Shown: positions 29,608 through 38,857 of the stretch, piece after piece
How the letters are laid out: every line of letters begins with the position of its first letter
How positions within the stretch are numbered: position 1 is the first letter of the stretch
Assembly: GCA_043732185.1 (NCBI GenBank)
Contig: JAYTHY010000004.1
Location: 1-45,586 of the forward strand
Length of the DNA stretch: 45,586 bases
Reading direction: 5' to 3'
From: Fibrobacteria bacterium
GTDB lineage: Bacteria; Fibrobacterota; Fibrobacteria; UBA11236
Notes under the pieces: generated by a model
The model's database searches: none
What the model was told of the DNA's origin: nothing
Seen by the model: only the letters and a program-made list of their open reading frames with translations
Translations under genes and position numbers: made by a program

Positions 29608-30377
29608 ATACAGTTGGCAATCGCGCTGTAAACAGGAATGCTCTTGACCGGCCTCGGGGTATGGCTGTGGTTTTGGTGGAGCCGGAAAACGCCGCAAATG
29701 TAGGGTTCATTGCCAGAACATTGACCTGTTATGGCGTTGAAGACTGTCGCATTGTAGGAAGCCCAGGCATAGGCGAAATGGAAGCCGCCAAAAAAACGGG
29801 TAAGGGCGCGCGTCAGGTTTTGGGCGCCATTCAATATTTCGATAATTTACCCGCCGCCATCGCAGACTGTCATTTTGCCATGGGATTTACTCGACGAGTG
29901 CGTGAGTCCGGGCAGCCAAGTCAAGGCTTGCACCACATGGTTGCTGAGTGGCGGGAAATGAAAACGGACTCCATGCAAACCGCATTGGTTTTTGGCCGTG
30001 AGTCGCAAGGGCTTTCCCGTGAGGAATCTTTACTCTTATCGCATCTTGTGACCATCCCCATGTTCGATGCGACCCTCAGTCTCAACCTATCCCATGCCGT
30101 TGCCATTGGGCTCTATGCTTTTCTTGGGGATCCCTCAACAGAACCGCGATTGTTGGACTCTGCGCCCGCAAATAAACGGAAACTACCGACGCAACAGGAA
30201 AATGCGGCAGCCCTGGATCGAATGCTCCTGACATTGGAGAAAGGGAATTTTTTTCGGGGCGGAAAAGCTTCTGCCCAAAAGGAGTATGCGCGCATGCTAT
30301 GGCAACGTCTGAAACCCAATCAGCAGGAGTTGGATTTTTTGGCCGGATTGTTAAAACGGCTGCCGGTTCATTCCTAG
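29586..30377 (+). CDS. SPOUT tRNA/rRNA methyltransferase (TrmJ/LasT-like)
   Basis: VVLVEPE..ANVG.IAR, ALVFGRESQGLS and SLNLSHAV motifs. The true start may be slightly downstream. Confidence 0.88.
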   Translation: MGRAGNLNTVGNRAVNRNALDRPRGMAVVLVEPENAANVGFIARTLTCYGVEDCRIVGSPGIGEMEAAKKTGKGARQVLGAIQYFDNLPAAIADCHFAMGFTRRVRESGQPSQGLHHMVAEWREMKTDSMQTALVFGRESQGLSREESLLLSHLVTIPMFDATLSLNLSHAVAIGLYAFLGDPSTEPRLLDSAPANKRKLPTQQENAAALDRMLLTLEKGNFFRGGKASAQKEYARMLWQRLKPNQQELDFLAGLLKRLPVHS

Positions 30378-30401
30378 TCCAAGGCAAAGGAAAGCGCGTC
30401 C

Positions 30402-31262
30402 ATGTTTCAAATTGAGAATTCTGAAATTCGAATCTCCATTCTCGACCCGCTAGAGGACCGAGCCCGCCTGGGTTCCCGGTATTGCGCAGGTGGATATATC
30501 TGGCAGGCAACTGATTCCATTAAGGGCGAATTATTTTCCGGCCCAAAATTTCCGGATGCCCATCCTTCCGCCTTTGACGGTCAAGGGTGCCCGGAAGTTT
30601 TCGAAATCGCACTAGGGCAACAGAACGCGTTGGTCGGCGAGGATGTGTACGTGATTGGAGTGGGCCGGGTACTTAGGGAAAGCCCCGTCAAACCGTTTCA
30701 TGTGCGCAACAATTTCACTGTTAAGGAATTTGCTACATGGGAAGTCGACCTTAAGCCCGCTTCGTGTACCATGTCGTCCCGACAAAGTTTCAAACACTGG
30801 GACTTGCTCCTCACCAAAACAGTTTCATTGCAAGGTCGGACGCTGGTATCCAAGACAGCCGTTGCAAATCTAGGCAAGACCGAATTGCCTCTGCGATGGT
30901 TCGCACATCCTTTTTTTCCGCTTGCCGGTTTTGTATGCACCAATTTCTCGGTGGAATGTGATTTGATTCGGTATCTTCCCGATATTGGCGCCTATCGATT
31001 CAATAGCCTGGGCTATTTGGAACGCATTCCCGAATACCCTTGGACATCCGGTGGCTTTCAACTTCTCAATCTGCCTTTCGGATTTCCCATGTCTTTTCAA
31101 CAACGCCATCCTCTACTCGGTGAAATTGCCGTGAACTGTCCCTTTCCTGTGGCTTGGTTGCCGGTATGGGCCAATGATCGCACAATTTCCTTGGAGCCTT
31201 ATTATCAAACCTTGCTCCCGATGGGTGCGCAGACAGAGTGGTCCATTGAATATGCGTTCTGA
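30402..31262 (+). CDS. Galactose-mutarotase/aldose-epimerase-like protein
   Basis: beta-sandwich composition with N.GKTELPLRWFAHPFF and ISLEPY motifs. Confidence 0.65.
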   Translation: MFQIENSEIRISILDPLEDRARLGSRYCAGGYIWQATDSIKGELFSGPKFPDAHPSAFDGQGCPEVFEIALGQQNALVGEDVYVIGVGRVLRESPVKPFHVRNNFTVKEFATWEVDLKPASCTMSSRQSFKHWDLLLTKTVSLQGRTLVSKTAVANLGKTELPLRWFAHPFFPLAGFVCTNFSVECDLIRYLPDIGAYRFNSLGYLERIPEYPWTSGGFQLLNLPFGFPMSFQQRHPLLGEIAVNCPFPVAWLPVWANDRTISLEPYYQTLLPMGAQTEWSIEYAF

Positions 31263-31322
31263 TTGGCTTGAAGCCAATCAGAACTATGCAGCGGGCCAGA
31301 TGCATCCGATGAAAACTGGATT

Positions 31323-32099
31323 ATGCCAGCAATAAAGTCGCCGGGCCTCATTCTAAAAAAGATTCCGTTCTCGGATACGAGCCTTATTCTCAAAGTCTTT
31401 ACGCGCGACTCCGGGCTTATCACCTTGATAGCCAAAGGTGCCAAGCGGCAAAAATCAAAATTCCACGGCTTGTTGGATTTTTTCACGCTCAATCAATTTG
31501 TCTATTCGGAAAAATCCAAGTCCGAAATTCTGACTCTAATGGAAGTCAGCCTTATCCAAGAATATCCGCGTCTCAAATCCGATCCTAGTAGGCAGGCGTT
31601 GGGGCATGTTTTTATGGAATTGTATAGCAAATACATGCACGGCCCTGCTGTATCCATGCCGCATTATGAATTATTGGTGGAAGGCATGGAACAATTGGAA
31701 TATGCACGCGAGGATTCCTTTGATCCGGTAGCCCATGCGTGCGATTTTTTGCTCGGCCTTTGCGCGGTATCTGGATTCAGTCCGCAGTTTATGGAATGCG
31801 TGCGGTGTGGTGGATTGGATTTGGGTTTGCGCGTGTGCATGGATGCCGAACTCGGGGGACCGATTTGTTTCACCTGTGCATCCGGAAAAGGTGGGGGCGC
31901 TACTTATTCTGGTCGTCTCATACAGTGGTTGGATCGTGTGCAAGAATTGGGACTGCATGCGGGTCGTCTCACGCGAGAGGAAGAGCTGCGGGCGGAAACT
32001 TTTTTGCTGGACTTCTTGGGCAACCATGCCGGGGGGGCTCGACCGATAAAATCCTTGGATTTCTACCATCAGATGCTCACTGGCCTCTTTTCGAGGTAA
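31323..32099 (+). CDS. recO: DNA repair protein RecO
   Basis: GLILKKIPFSDTSLILKVFTRDSG...AKGAKRQKSK N-terminus; Zn finger CVRCG...GGPICFTC. Confidence 0.95.
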   Translation: MPAIKSPGLILKKIPFSDTSLILKVFTRDSGLITLIAKGAKRQKSKFHGLLDFFTLNQFVYSEKSKSEILTLMEVSLIQEYPRLKSDPSRQALGHVFMELYSKYMHGPAVSMPHYELLVEGMEQLEYAREDSFDPVAHACDFLLGLCAVSGFSPQFMECVRCGGLDLGLRVCMDAELGGPICFTCASGKGGGATYSGRLIQWLDRVQELGLHAGRLTREEELRAETFLLDFLGNHAGGARPIKSLDFYHQMLTGLFSR

Positions 32100-32127
32100 A
32101 GCGAAGTATCAATGGTTCATGAGAATC

Positions 32128-32160
32128 TGTCAAAATGACATTTTATGTGTCATAAAGACA
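32128..32160. promoter_or_regulatory. Two phased inverted-repeat boxes (GT-N7-AC, NorR-type enhancer sites)
   Basis: TGTCAAAATGACA (32128-32140) and TGTCATAAAGACA (32148-32160), 20 bp apart, upstream of a sigma54 motif. Confidence 0.7.
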
Positions 32161-32312
32161 ATTTTATTGCAGCTTAAGCGGTTCTAAATTGTTCATTCAA
32201 TAGCCCATCGCTTGGCTGCCACCCTGACAAAAGTCGCCTCCTAAAAGTATTCTGGGCGATATGGCAATTAAATCATATATCCAATTCAGCTACGATTGGC
32301 TCAGGTTTCGAA

Positions 32313-32328
32313 TGGCATCGACTTTGCT
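32313..32328 (+). promoter_or_regulatory. Sigma54 (-24/-12) promoter of the nos operon
   Basis: TGGCATCGACTTTGCT has GG-N10-GC spacing and matches TGGCA...TTGC(A/T). Confidence 0.8.
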
Positions 32329-32409
32329 TGATAGTGATTCTATGGTGATTCAGGCGCTATCAAAATAGACATCGGGAACTGAGTCGTTGGAAAACAAGCC
32401 GGAGAGAGA

Positions 32410-32922
32410 ATGAAGATGGTAAATAAAATGGATTCCACAATATTTGTTCGGTTATCGATATGGACGAGCTGCGTTGCCATGATGATGGCAGGCTTATTGG
32501 TAGCAGGCTGCGGTAAGAAAGATTCCAATGGCCAAGAAAATACGCCAAAGGATGCGGTTAAAACAGAATCAAAGCTTGAGGCCACAGGACCATCCAAAGG
32601 TGTAGGCCCTATCAAAAATATCGAATTGGGCGCCATTGATGAAGCCCTGGTTGCCAAGGGTGAGAAAATCTTTTCCGGTGTTTGCTCCGCATGCCATAAA
32701 ATGGATACGCGCTATGTGGGCCCGGCTATTTCAGGCGTGACAAAACGGCGCAGTCCGGAATGGATCATGAATATGATTTTGAATCCGTCTGTTATGACGC
32801 AGCAGGATGATACGGCTAAAGCCTTGCTGGGAATGTACATGACCCAGATGTCTGTCAATGCAACTGAAGAAGATGCCCGGGCAGTTTTAGAGTATTTCCG
32901 AAAACATGATGGTCCACAATAA
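32410..32922 (+). CDS. Monoheme cytochrome c lipoprotein (nos-associated)
   Basis: Lipobox LVAGC, CSACH heme motif, VGPAISGVTKRRSPEWIMNMILNP; GGAGAG RBS. Confidence 0.92.
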   Translation: MKMVNKMDSTIFVRLSIWTSCVAMMMAGLLVAGCGKKDSNGQENTPKDAVKTESKLEATGPSKGVGPIKNIELGAIDEALVAKGEKIFSGVCSACHKMDTRYVGPAISGVTKRRSPEWIMNMILNPSVMTQQDDTAKALLGMYMTQMSVNATEEDARAVLEYFRKHDGPQ

Positions 32923-32933
32923 TTAAAGGAGTA

Positions 32934-34934
32934 ATGATGAAAAACAATTCGTCCACCCTAGCATCTGCGATTGGCGTTGCCGCATTGGCAATGACCTTGC
33001 TGGCAGGTTGTAATAAACAAGTAGAGCGCAAGGCGGCACCCGGCTTGACTAGTGACGCTGCCCAAAGAGTGTATGTTGCACCTGGAACCCATGATGAACT
33101 CTACGGTTTCTTTTCCGGCGGCTTCAGTGGACAACTGTCCATCGTCGGCTTGCCATCCGGTCGAACAATAAGAGTTATTCCCGTTTTTTCGCAAAACGCA
33201 GAAAATGGTTACGGTTATTCGGAAGAAACCAAGCCCTTGCTGCAAACAAGTTTTGGATTCATCCCATGGGACGATGCACACCATCCCCAGCTTTCCCAAA
33301 CCAATGGTGAGGCGGATGGGCGATATATTTTCATCAATGGAAACAATACTCCCCGTATCGCAAGAATTGATCTGCGGACTTTTGAAACCGTTGAGACCAT
33401 TGAAATACCCAATAGTGCAGGAAACCATAGTTCGCCGTTCACGACGGAAAATTCCGAATATCTCGTAGCCGGTACTCGATTCTCCGTGCCCATTCCGCAA
33501 GCAAGTATCGCTTTCAGTGAATATGCGAAGTCCTTTAAAGGCGCTATTTCTTTCGTTTCCGTGAATAAACAAACGGGACGCATGGCAGTAGCTTTTCAAA
33601 TCCTGCTTCCCGGTTTTGATTATGATAAGGCACATTGTGGCAAAGGACCTTCCAAAGATTGGGCCTTCTTTTCCTCCTATAATGTGGAGCAGTCCCATAC
33701 TTTAAAGGAAGTCAATGCTTCACAGCGCGACAAGGATTTCATTGCTGCAATCAATTGGAAAAAGGCGGAAGAGTGCGTGGCAGCGGGCAAAGGCCGTGAG
33801 GTTGCCGGGATTCACTATGACAATTACCTGGATGAAAAAACCCAAACGGCCAGCAGCGAGATTCGCACTAAGGTCAAGATGATCACACCCGCGGAATGTC
33901 CCGATATCGTCTATTACCTTCCCACCCCCAAGTCTCCGCATGGTGTTGATGTGGACCCCACCGGCGAGTATATCGTTGCAGGCGGAAAACTGGCCAGCGT
34001 GATTCCCGTCCACTCCTTCACCAAAATGATCAAGGCCATTGAGGCCAAAGCTTTTGACGGCGAAACTTACGGAATTCCTATTCTCAAGTACGACCAGGTT
34101 CTGGCCGGTGAGGTGGATAAACCCGGTCTTGGCCCTTTACACACTGAATTTGACGGTAAAGGCAATGCCTACACGTCCATGTTCCTTTCTTCGGAAATCG
34201 TAAAATGGAGGCTGGGCACATGGGAAATTTTGGATCGGATACCTTGCTACTATGCCATCGGACATTTGATGATTCCGCTCGGAGATACAAAGAAGCCATA
34301 CGGAAAATATGTTATTGCTTTAAATAAAATCACTAAGGATCGGTATCTGCCTACGGGACCGGAATTGACTCAATCCTCTCAGCTCATCGATATCACGGGT
34401 GACAAAATGAAATTGCTGTCGGAATTCCCAACCAGTGGCGAGCCGCATTATGCACAAGCAATTCCGGCTGCAATGGTCGAACCCAATAGCGTTAAGATTT
34501 TCAAACTCGATGCCAATAACCATCCCGATGCTATTAAAAGTGAAAAGGAAGTCCGCATCGAACGCAAGGGGAAGGCATTGCATATTTATGCATCCGTTAT
34601 TCGCAGTCATTTTGTCCCCGACAATATCGAAGGCGCCCAGCTTGGAGACACTCTGTATTTCCACATTACCAACTTGGAACAGGATTGGGACGTACCCCAT
34701 GGATTTGCAATGATGGGTGCCCAGAATGCTGAGCTATTGATTATGCCAGGTCAAACGCGCACACTCAAAATTGTTGCCAATAGGGCGGGAATAATTCCTT
34801 TCTACTGCACGGACTTCTGTTCCGCCTTGCATCAAGAGATGCAGGGCTATATCCGTATTTCGCCCCCAGGTGAGAAGGTTGCGCTTTCCTTTTCAACGGG
34901 AAAGGAAGATGCACCTGTAAAGGATGGCATTTAA
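32934..34934 (+). CDS. nosZ: Nitrous-oxide reductase, clade II (Sec/lipoprotein signal)
   Basis: Seven CuZ His (DDAHH, GNH, KSPHG, GPLH, IGH, EPH); CuA site DVPHGF and CTDFCSALHQEM; LLAGC lipobox; no twin-Arg. Confidence 0.98.
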   Translation: MMKNNSSTLASAIGVAALAMTLLAGCNKQVERKAAPGLTSDAAQRVYVAPGTHDELYGFFSGGFSGQLSIVGLPSGRTIRVIPVFSQNAENGYGYSEETKPLLQTSFGFIPWDDAHHPQLSQTNGEADGRYIFINGNNTPRIARIDLRTFETVETIEIPNSAGNHSSPFTTENSEYLVAGTRFSVPIPQASIAFSEYAKSFKGAISFVSVNKQTGRMAVAFQILLPGFDYDKAHCGKGPSKDWAFFSSYNVEQSHTLKEVNASQRDKDFIAAINWKKAEECVAAGKGREVAGIHYDNYLDEKTQTASSEIRTKVKMITPAECPDIVYYLPTPKSPHGVDVDPTGEYIVAGGKLASVIPVHSFTKMIKAIEAKAFDGETYGIPILKYDQVLAGEVDKPGLGPLHTEFDGKGNAYTSMFLSSEIVKWRLGTWEILDRIPCYYAIGHLMIPLGDTKKPYGKYVIALNKITKDRYLPTGPELTQSSQLIDITGDKMKLLSEFPTSGEPHYAQAIPAAMVEPNSVKIFKLDANNHPDAIKSEKEVRIERKGKALHIYASVIRSHFVPDNIEGAQLGDTLYFHITNLEQDWDVPHGFAMMGAQNAELLIMPGQTRTLKIVANRAGIIPFYCTDFCSALHQEMQGYIRISPPGEKVALSFSTGKEDAPVKDGI

Positions 34935-34958
34935 ATTCTCGATATTTTCAATAAAGAA

Positions 34959-36047
34959 TTGAAGTCCAATATGATTCTCGCTAGTCACAAAATGAAAGAG
35001 GGAAAAACGGGAATCCGATTATTCGGGTCCCTGTTACTTGGCCTCGCGGGAATCGTCCTATTGCTTTCCCTATTTTTTCCAATATGGCGGATTACTCTCG
35101 AAGCACCGCAGTATCCGGAAGGACTAGGGATGCAGATTTGGGCGAAAACGATTACGGGTGAAAGCCCGGAAGACTTAAATATCATCAACGAACTCAATCA
35201 TTATATCGGAATGAAAAAAATCATTCCCGATTCCATTCCAGAACTCCGGTTCATCCAGCCTCTCATCCTAATATTTGCATTTCTGTGTTTCATTTTTGCC
35301 TTGCGCCCTCGCGTTTGGTCAACGGGCTTATTGCTTGGAGCCTTAAGCGGTCTTGGGGCGTATGGTATTTATGATTTTTGGAAATGGGAATACGACTATG
35401 GGCACAACTTGAATCCGATGGCCGCCATTAAGGTTCCGGGAATGAGTTATCAGCCTCCATTAATTGGTGGCGCAAAATTATTGAATTTTCTTTCTACTTC
35501 TTGGCCAGCATTAGGCGGTTATTTTCTGTTCCTGGCTGGGGGGCTAATAGCCTTGTCATTTGGCCTGTTATGTTTGCCTTGGATTCGTTTAAAGCTACAT
35601 AGCCGCCATTTCAAAACAAGTGCCGTAGCTTCCACATTTTTGCTTTTCAGTGTAGTTTTATGGGGTTGTGAACGACAAGGCCCTGTTCCATTTTTATGGG
35701 GCGAAGATGCTTGCCATTTTTGTAAAATGACTTTGGTGCAAAAGGGCTATGCCGTACAGCGCATCAATGCAAACGGAAAGGTTTTCAAATACGACGCCAT
35801 CGAATGTTTGTTGGGCGATCTCAAGGTCAAACCATTGGGGCCCAAGGAACAAATTTATGTTTCCGATTGGAGTCGACCCGATGCGGCTTTAACCCTAGCC
35901 CAGCAGGCACTGTTTCTGAAGAACGAACACATTGCCAGTCCAATGGGTGGGGCCTTAGCCGGTTTTCAGGCCAAAGATTCCGCCCTGGCCTTTCAGGGTC
36001 GCATGGGAGGAACCCTTTTGGGATGGACCGAACTGCAAAACCTTTGA
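34959..36047 (+). CDS. nosL: NosB-like membrane protein fused to NosL copper chaperone
   Basis: N-half PIWRITLEAPQYPEGL, NELNHYIGM, YGHNLNPMAAI, YQPPLIG; C-half CHFCKM, YDAIECL, SPMGG. Start may be ATG 34971 or 34992. Confidence 0.9.
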   Translation: MKSNMILASHKMKEGKTGIRLFGSLLLGLAGIVLLLSLFFPIWRITLEAPQYPEGLGMQIWAKTITGESPEDLNIINELNHYIGMKKIIPDSIPELRFIQPLILIFAFLCFIFALRPRVWSTGLLLGALSGLGAYGIYDFWKWEYDYGHNLNPMAAIKVPGMSYQPPLIGGAKLLNFLSTSWPALGGYFLFLAGGLIALSFGLLCLPWIRLKLHSRHFKTSAVASTFLLFSVVLWGCERQGPVPFLWGEDACHFCKMTLVQKGYAVQRINANGKVFKYDAIECLLGDLKVKPLGPKEQIYVSDWSRPDAALTLAQQALFLKNEHIASPMGGALAGFQAKDSALAFQGRMGGTLLGWTELQNL

Positions 36048-37324
36048 TTTCCCGGTTATTTCCATCACAGTGGCTGACGGCCGTCTGTACTCTGCTCCTC
36101 TTAATCCCTGGATTCGTATTAGCCTCCGATACTTTGACGGTAGGTCTTGGAAAATCTTTTTCTCATTTGGCAGATGCGCTCCAGGCCAGCAAGGCCGGTG
36201 ACCATATTCTGGTTTCCCCTGGACGATATCGGGAGAAGGGGCTTGTGGTACGCAAGCAAGTTTATATTCAAGGCTTGGATTGGCCGATTTTGGATGCAGA
36301 AGGCGGCGAAACCATCTTGGATATTCACGCAAATGGAGTAGAGGTCCGAGGGTTAAAGTTCCGAGGAGTGGGCGTCAATTATCTTAAGGAACACGGCGGA
36401 ATTTGGATTACGGAAGCCAGTGATGTGGTTGTCGCCAATAATCGTTTTGAACATGATTTCTTTGGAGTTTACGGAGCGCATGTTCATCGGGTTACGATAA
36501 GGGATAATGTCTTTGAAGGTTTGTGGGGTAAGGAAACGGCCAATGGCAATGGACTGCATTTTTGGAAAAGCGACAGTATCACAATCATTAACAATATCAT
36601 CCAAGGGCACCGGGACGGAATTTATTTGGAGTTCACTGGAAATTGCATTGTCACGGATAATACCTGTGAAGGCAATGTCCGGTATGGCCTTCACTTTATG
36701 TATGCTAATGGAAATTCCTATCACAGGAATACCTTTCGCAACAATGGATCAGGTGTAGCAGTCATGTACTCGCATAATGTGGATATGCGCGGAAACCGCT
36801 TTGAAAAAAACTGGGGTGCGGCCAGTTATGGTTTGCTATTGAAATCGATTTCCGCAAGTCGTATCGAAGACAATCAATTTGAACGGAATACTGTGGCGAT
36901 TTTTCTGGAGGCCGGCAGTCGCATCCACTTGACTGGTAATCAATTTAGATCTAACGGTTGGGCACTTCGAATAGTTGCGGATTGCGATGCCAATGTTTTT
37001 ACGCAGAATCGTTTCGAAAACAATACTTTTGATGTTGCCTACAACGCCAGTCCCGCCAGTACCAATAGCTTTACGGGTAATACTTGGGATCATTATCAAG
37101 GTTGGGATTTGGACCACGATGGCATCGGTGATATTCCGCACCGTCCGGTAGAATTGTTTCCCGCCATTATGCAGGATCACCCTCAAGCCATGGTTCTCCT
37201 GCGTAGTCATTTTATCACTTTGTTGAATATCTTGGAAAGAATGTTTCCCACCTTGTCTCCGGCGACCCTGGAGGATACCCAGCCCATTATGCCGCAGGGC
37301 AAAATTAATAGAAAGAGCTTATGA
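36044..37324 (+). CDS. nosD: Nitrous-oxide reductase maturation protein NosD
   Basis: NGNGLHFW, GHRDGIYLEF, RYGLHFMY, GVAVMYS and WDHYQGWDLDHDGIGDIPHRP motifs. TTG 36044 overlaps the upstream TGA (ORF track 35804). Confidence 0.95.
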   Translation: MISRLFPSQWLTAVCTLLLLIPGFVLASDTLTVGLGKSFSHLADALQASKAGDHILVSPGRYREKGLVVRKQVYIQGLDWPILDAEGGETILDIHANGVEVRGLKFRGVGVNYLKEHGGIWITEASDVVVANNRFEHDFFGVYGAHVHRVTIRDNVFEGLWGKETANGNGLHFWKSDSITIINNIIQGHRDGIYLEFTGNCIVTDNTCEGNVRYGLHFMYANGNSYHRNTFRNNGSGVAVMYSHNVDMRGNRFEKNWGAASYGLLLKSISASRIEDNQFERNTVAIFLEAGSRIHLTGNQFRSNGWALRIVADCDANVFTQNRFENNTFDVAYNASPASTNSFTGNTWDHYQGWDLDHDGIGDIPHRPVELFPAIMQDHPQAMVLLRSHFITLLNILERMFPTLSPATLEDTQPIMPQGKINRKSL

Positions 37325-38058
37325 GTGCACAGCCCTTAAGGGTCCAGGATTTGAAAAAAGGCTATGGCAAAAAAAGGGTTTTGGAAGGATTCAGTCTGGA
37401 AGCCCAAGCCGGAACCGTTACTGCCATTCTCGGTTCCAATGGAAGCGGAAAGTCCACTTTCATGCGTTGTCTGCTAGGTTTGCATGTATTTAAATCAGGA
37501 AAGATCGAAGTCCTCGGAGAAGATGTTCGTTCTGGACCGCAGTATCGTAGACATATCGGTTACATGCCGCAAACTCCAAGTTTTCCTGAAAATCTTACAG
37601 TAAGGGAAATTGCCCAACTGGTGGCCCAAGTGAGAAAAGTCAAACCGGATTTTTCTCGTGGTAGTGCGCTTGGAGTGGAAAATTTTCTCGATCAGAAATG
37701 GAAAACACTTTCTGGAGGCATGAAGCAGAAGGTCAATGCAATTTTAGCCGTGGCTTTTAATGCGCCGATGCTGGTCTTGGATGAACCCACGGCCAGTTTG
37801 GATCCGGCCTCGCGGCTCCATTTGGTAGACATGCTCAAAGCGGAAAAGAAAAGTGGTAAATGTATTTTGCTTTCGACACATCTGTTAGGCGATCTTTGGG
37901 AGCTGGCTGACCAACTGGCTTTCCTTAAGAATGGAGTCGTGCATGTAATGGCTGCCAAGGATATTCCTGGGATGGGCAGTGATATCGCACTTTTTGAACG
38001 GAGTGTGGCGGCCAGGCTGGAACCGGGTTTGGAAAAAAGAAATGGCGTCCAATTATGA
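37321..38058 (+). CDS. nosF: Cu-processing ABC ATP-binding protein NosF
   Basis: GSNGSGKST, GYMPQ..FPENLT, LSGGMKQK, LDEPT; lies between nosD and nosY. Confidence 0.9.
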   Translation: MSAQPLRVQDLKKGYGKKRVLEGFSLEAQAGTVTAILGSNGSGKSTFMRCLLGLHVFKSGKIEVLGEDVRSGPQYRRHIGYMPQTPSFPENLTVREIAQLVAQVRKVKPDFSRGSALGVENFLDQKWKTLSGGMKQKVNAILAVAFNAPMLVLDEPTASLDPASRLHLVDMLKAEKKSGKCILLSTHLLGDLWELADQLAFLKNGVVHVMAAKDIPGMGSDIALFERSVAARLEPGLEKRNGVQL

Positions 38059-38837
38059 ATGCAATATTTTCCTTTTGTCTTAAAGATTTGTTCCGCAGCC
38101 GTTTCATATTGGCGTATTTCCTTTTTTATCTGGCTACCGGGTACGGCCTTATGCAGTATGCCCCAACCAGTTCAGCAGGGCTGGGCGCGCTGCTAAGCTT
38201 GGTTTTATTTCTCGCGCCGCTTTGCGCCATCATTTTTGGTACACTCTACTTTTATCAGGCTCGCGGTTTTCAAGAGCTGATGCTGGCTCAGCCAGTGGGG
38301 CGTAAGGCCATCCTGGCCGGTCAAGGTTTGGCATTGGCCCTTTCTTTGAGCCTCGCCTTCTGCTTGGGTCTGGGCATTCCAACTTTAGCGGCTGGTTTTA
38401 GAAGCGTACCAGATTTAGAAATGCTCGGCTTATTTCTTGGTGGTGGAATTTTACTCCATCTCAGTTTCCTCGCTCTCGCATTTCTCGTCGCATTGTCCAT
38501 TGAAGACCGTCTGCGCGGCTTTTCCACCAGTTTAATGGTATGGCTGGTATTGGTATTTCTATACGATGGCGGACTTCTTTTTGTCCTGACCTATTTTTCC
38601 GACTACCCCTTAGATCGGTTTACTATCGGTGCCATTTTATTTAATCCCGTCGATTTAGAACGCATTCTGGTCTTGATGCAATTGGATGCGTCTGTGCTAC
38701 TCGGTTACACGGGGGCCGTTTTCCGCCGATTTTTTGGGACCGGAGTTGGAATATTTGCGGCATTAGGCGCCATGTCCTTGTGGGTCATAGTGCCTACCGC
38801 CTTATTTTTTCTACGACTCGGGAAAAAGGATTTTTGA
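38055..38837 (+). CDS. nosY: Cu-processing ABC permease NosY
   Basis: Multi-TM protein with ELMLAQPV, NPVDL.RIL and C-terminal KKDF; ATGA overlap with nosF. Confidence 0.9.
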   Translation: MNAIFSFCLKDLFRSRFILAYFLFYLATGYGLMQYAPTSSAGLGALLSLVLFLAPLCAIIFGTLYFYQARGFQELMLAQPVGRKAILAGQGLALALSLSLAFCLGLGIPTLAAGFRSVPDLEMLGLFLGGGILLHLSFLALAFLVALSIEDRLRGFSTSLMVWLVLVFLYDGGLLFVLTYFSDYPLDRFTIGAILFNPVDLERILVLMQLDASVLLGYTGAVFRRFFGTGVGIFAALGAMSLWVIVPTALFFLRLGKKDF

Positions 38838-38857
38838 GTTGTAATTTAAATTCCGGC

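Noticed and set aside
32328..32341. FNR/DNR box upstream of nos (TTGATAGTGATTCT)
   Set aside because: Only one good half-site, and it overlaps the predicted sigma54 start region. The sigma54 plus enhancer reading fits much better.
35804..36043. 80-aa N-terminal extension of NosD in the ORF track
   Set aside because: It overlaps nosL by over 240 bp. The TTG at 36044 gives a normal signal peptide and stop-start coupling.
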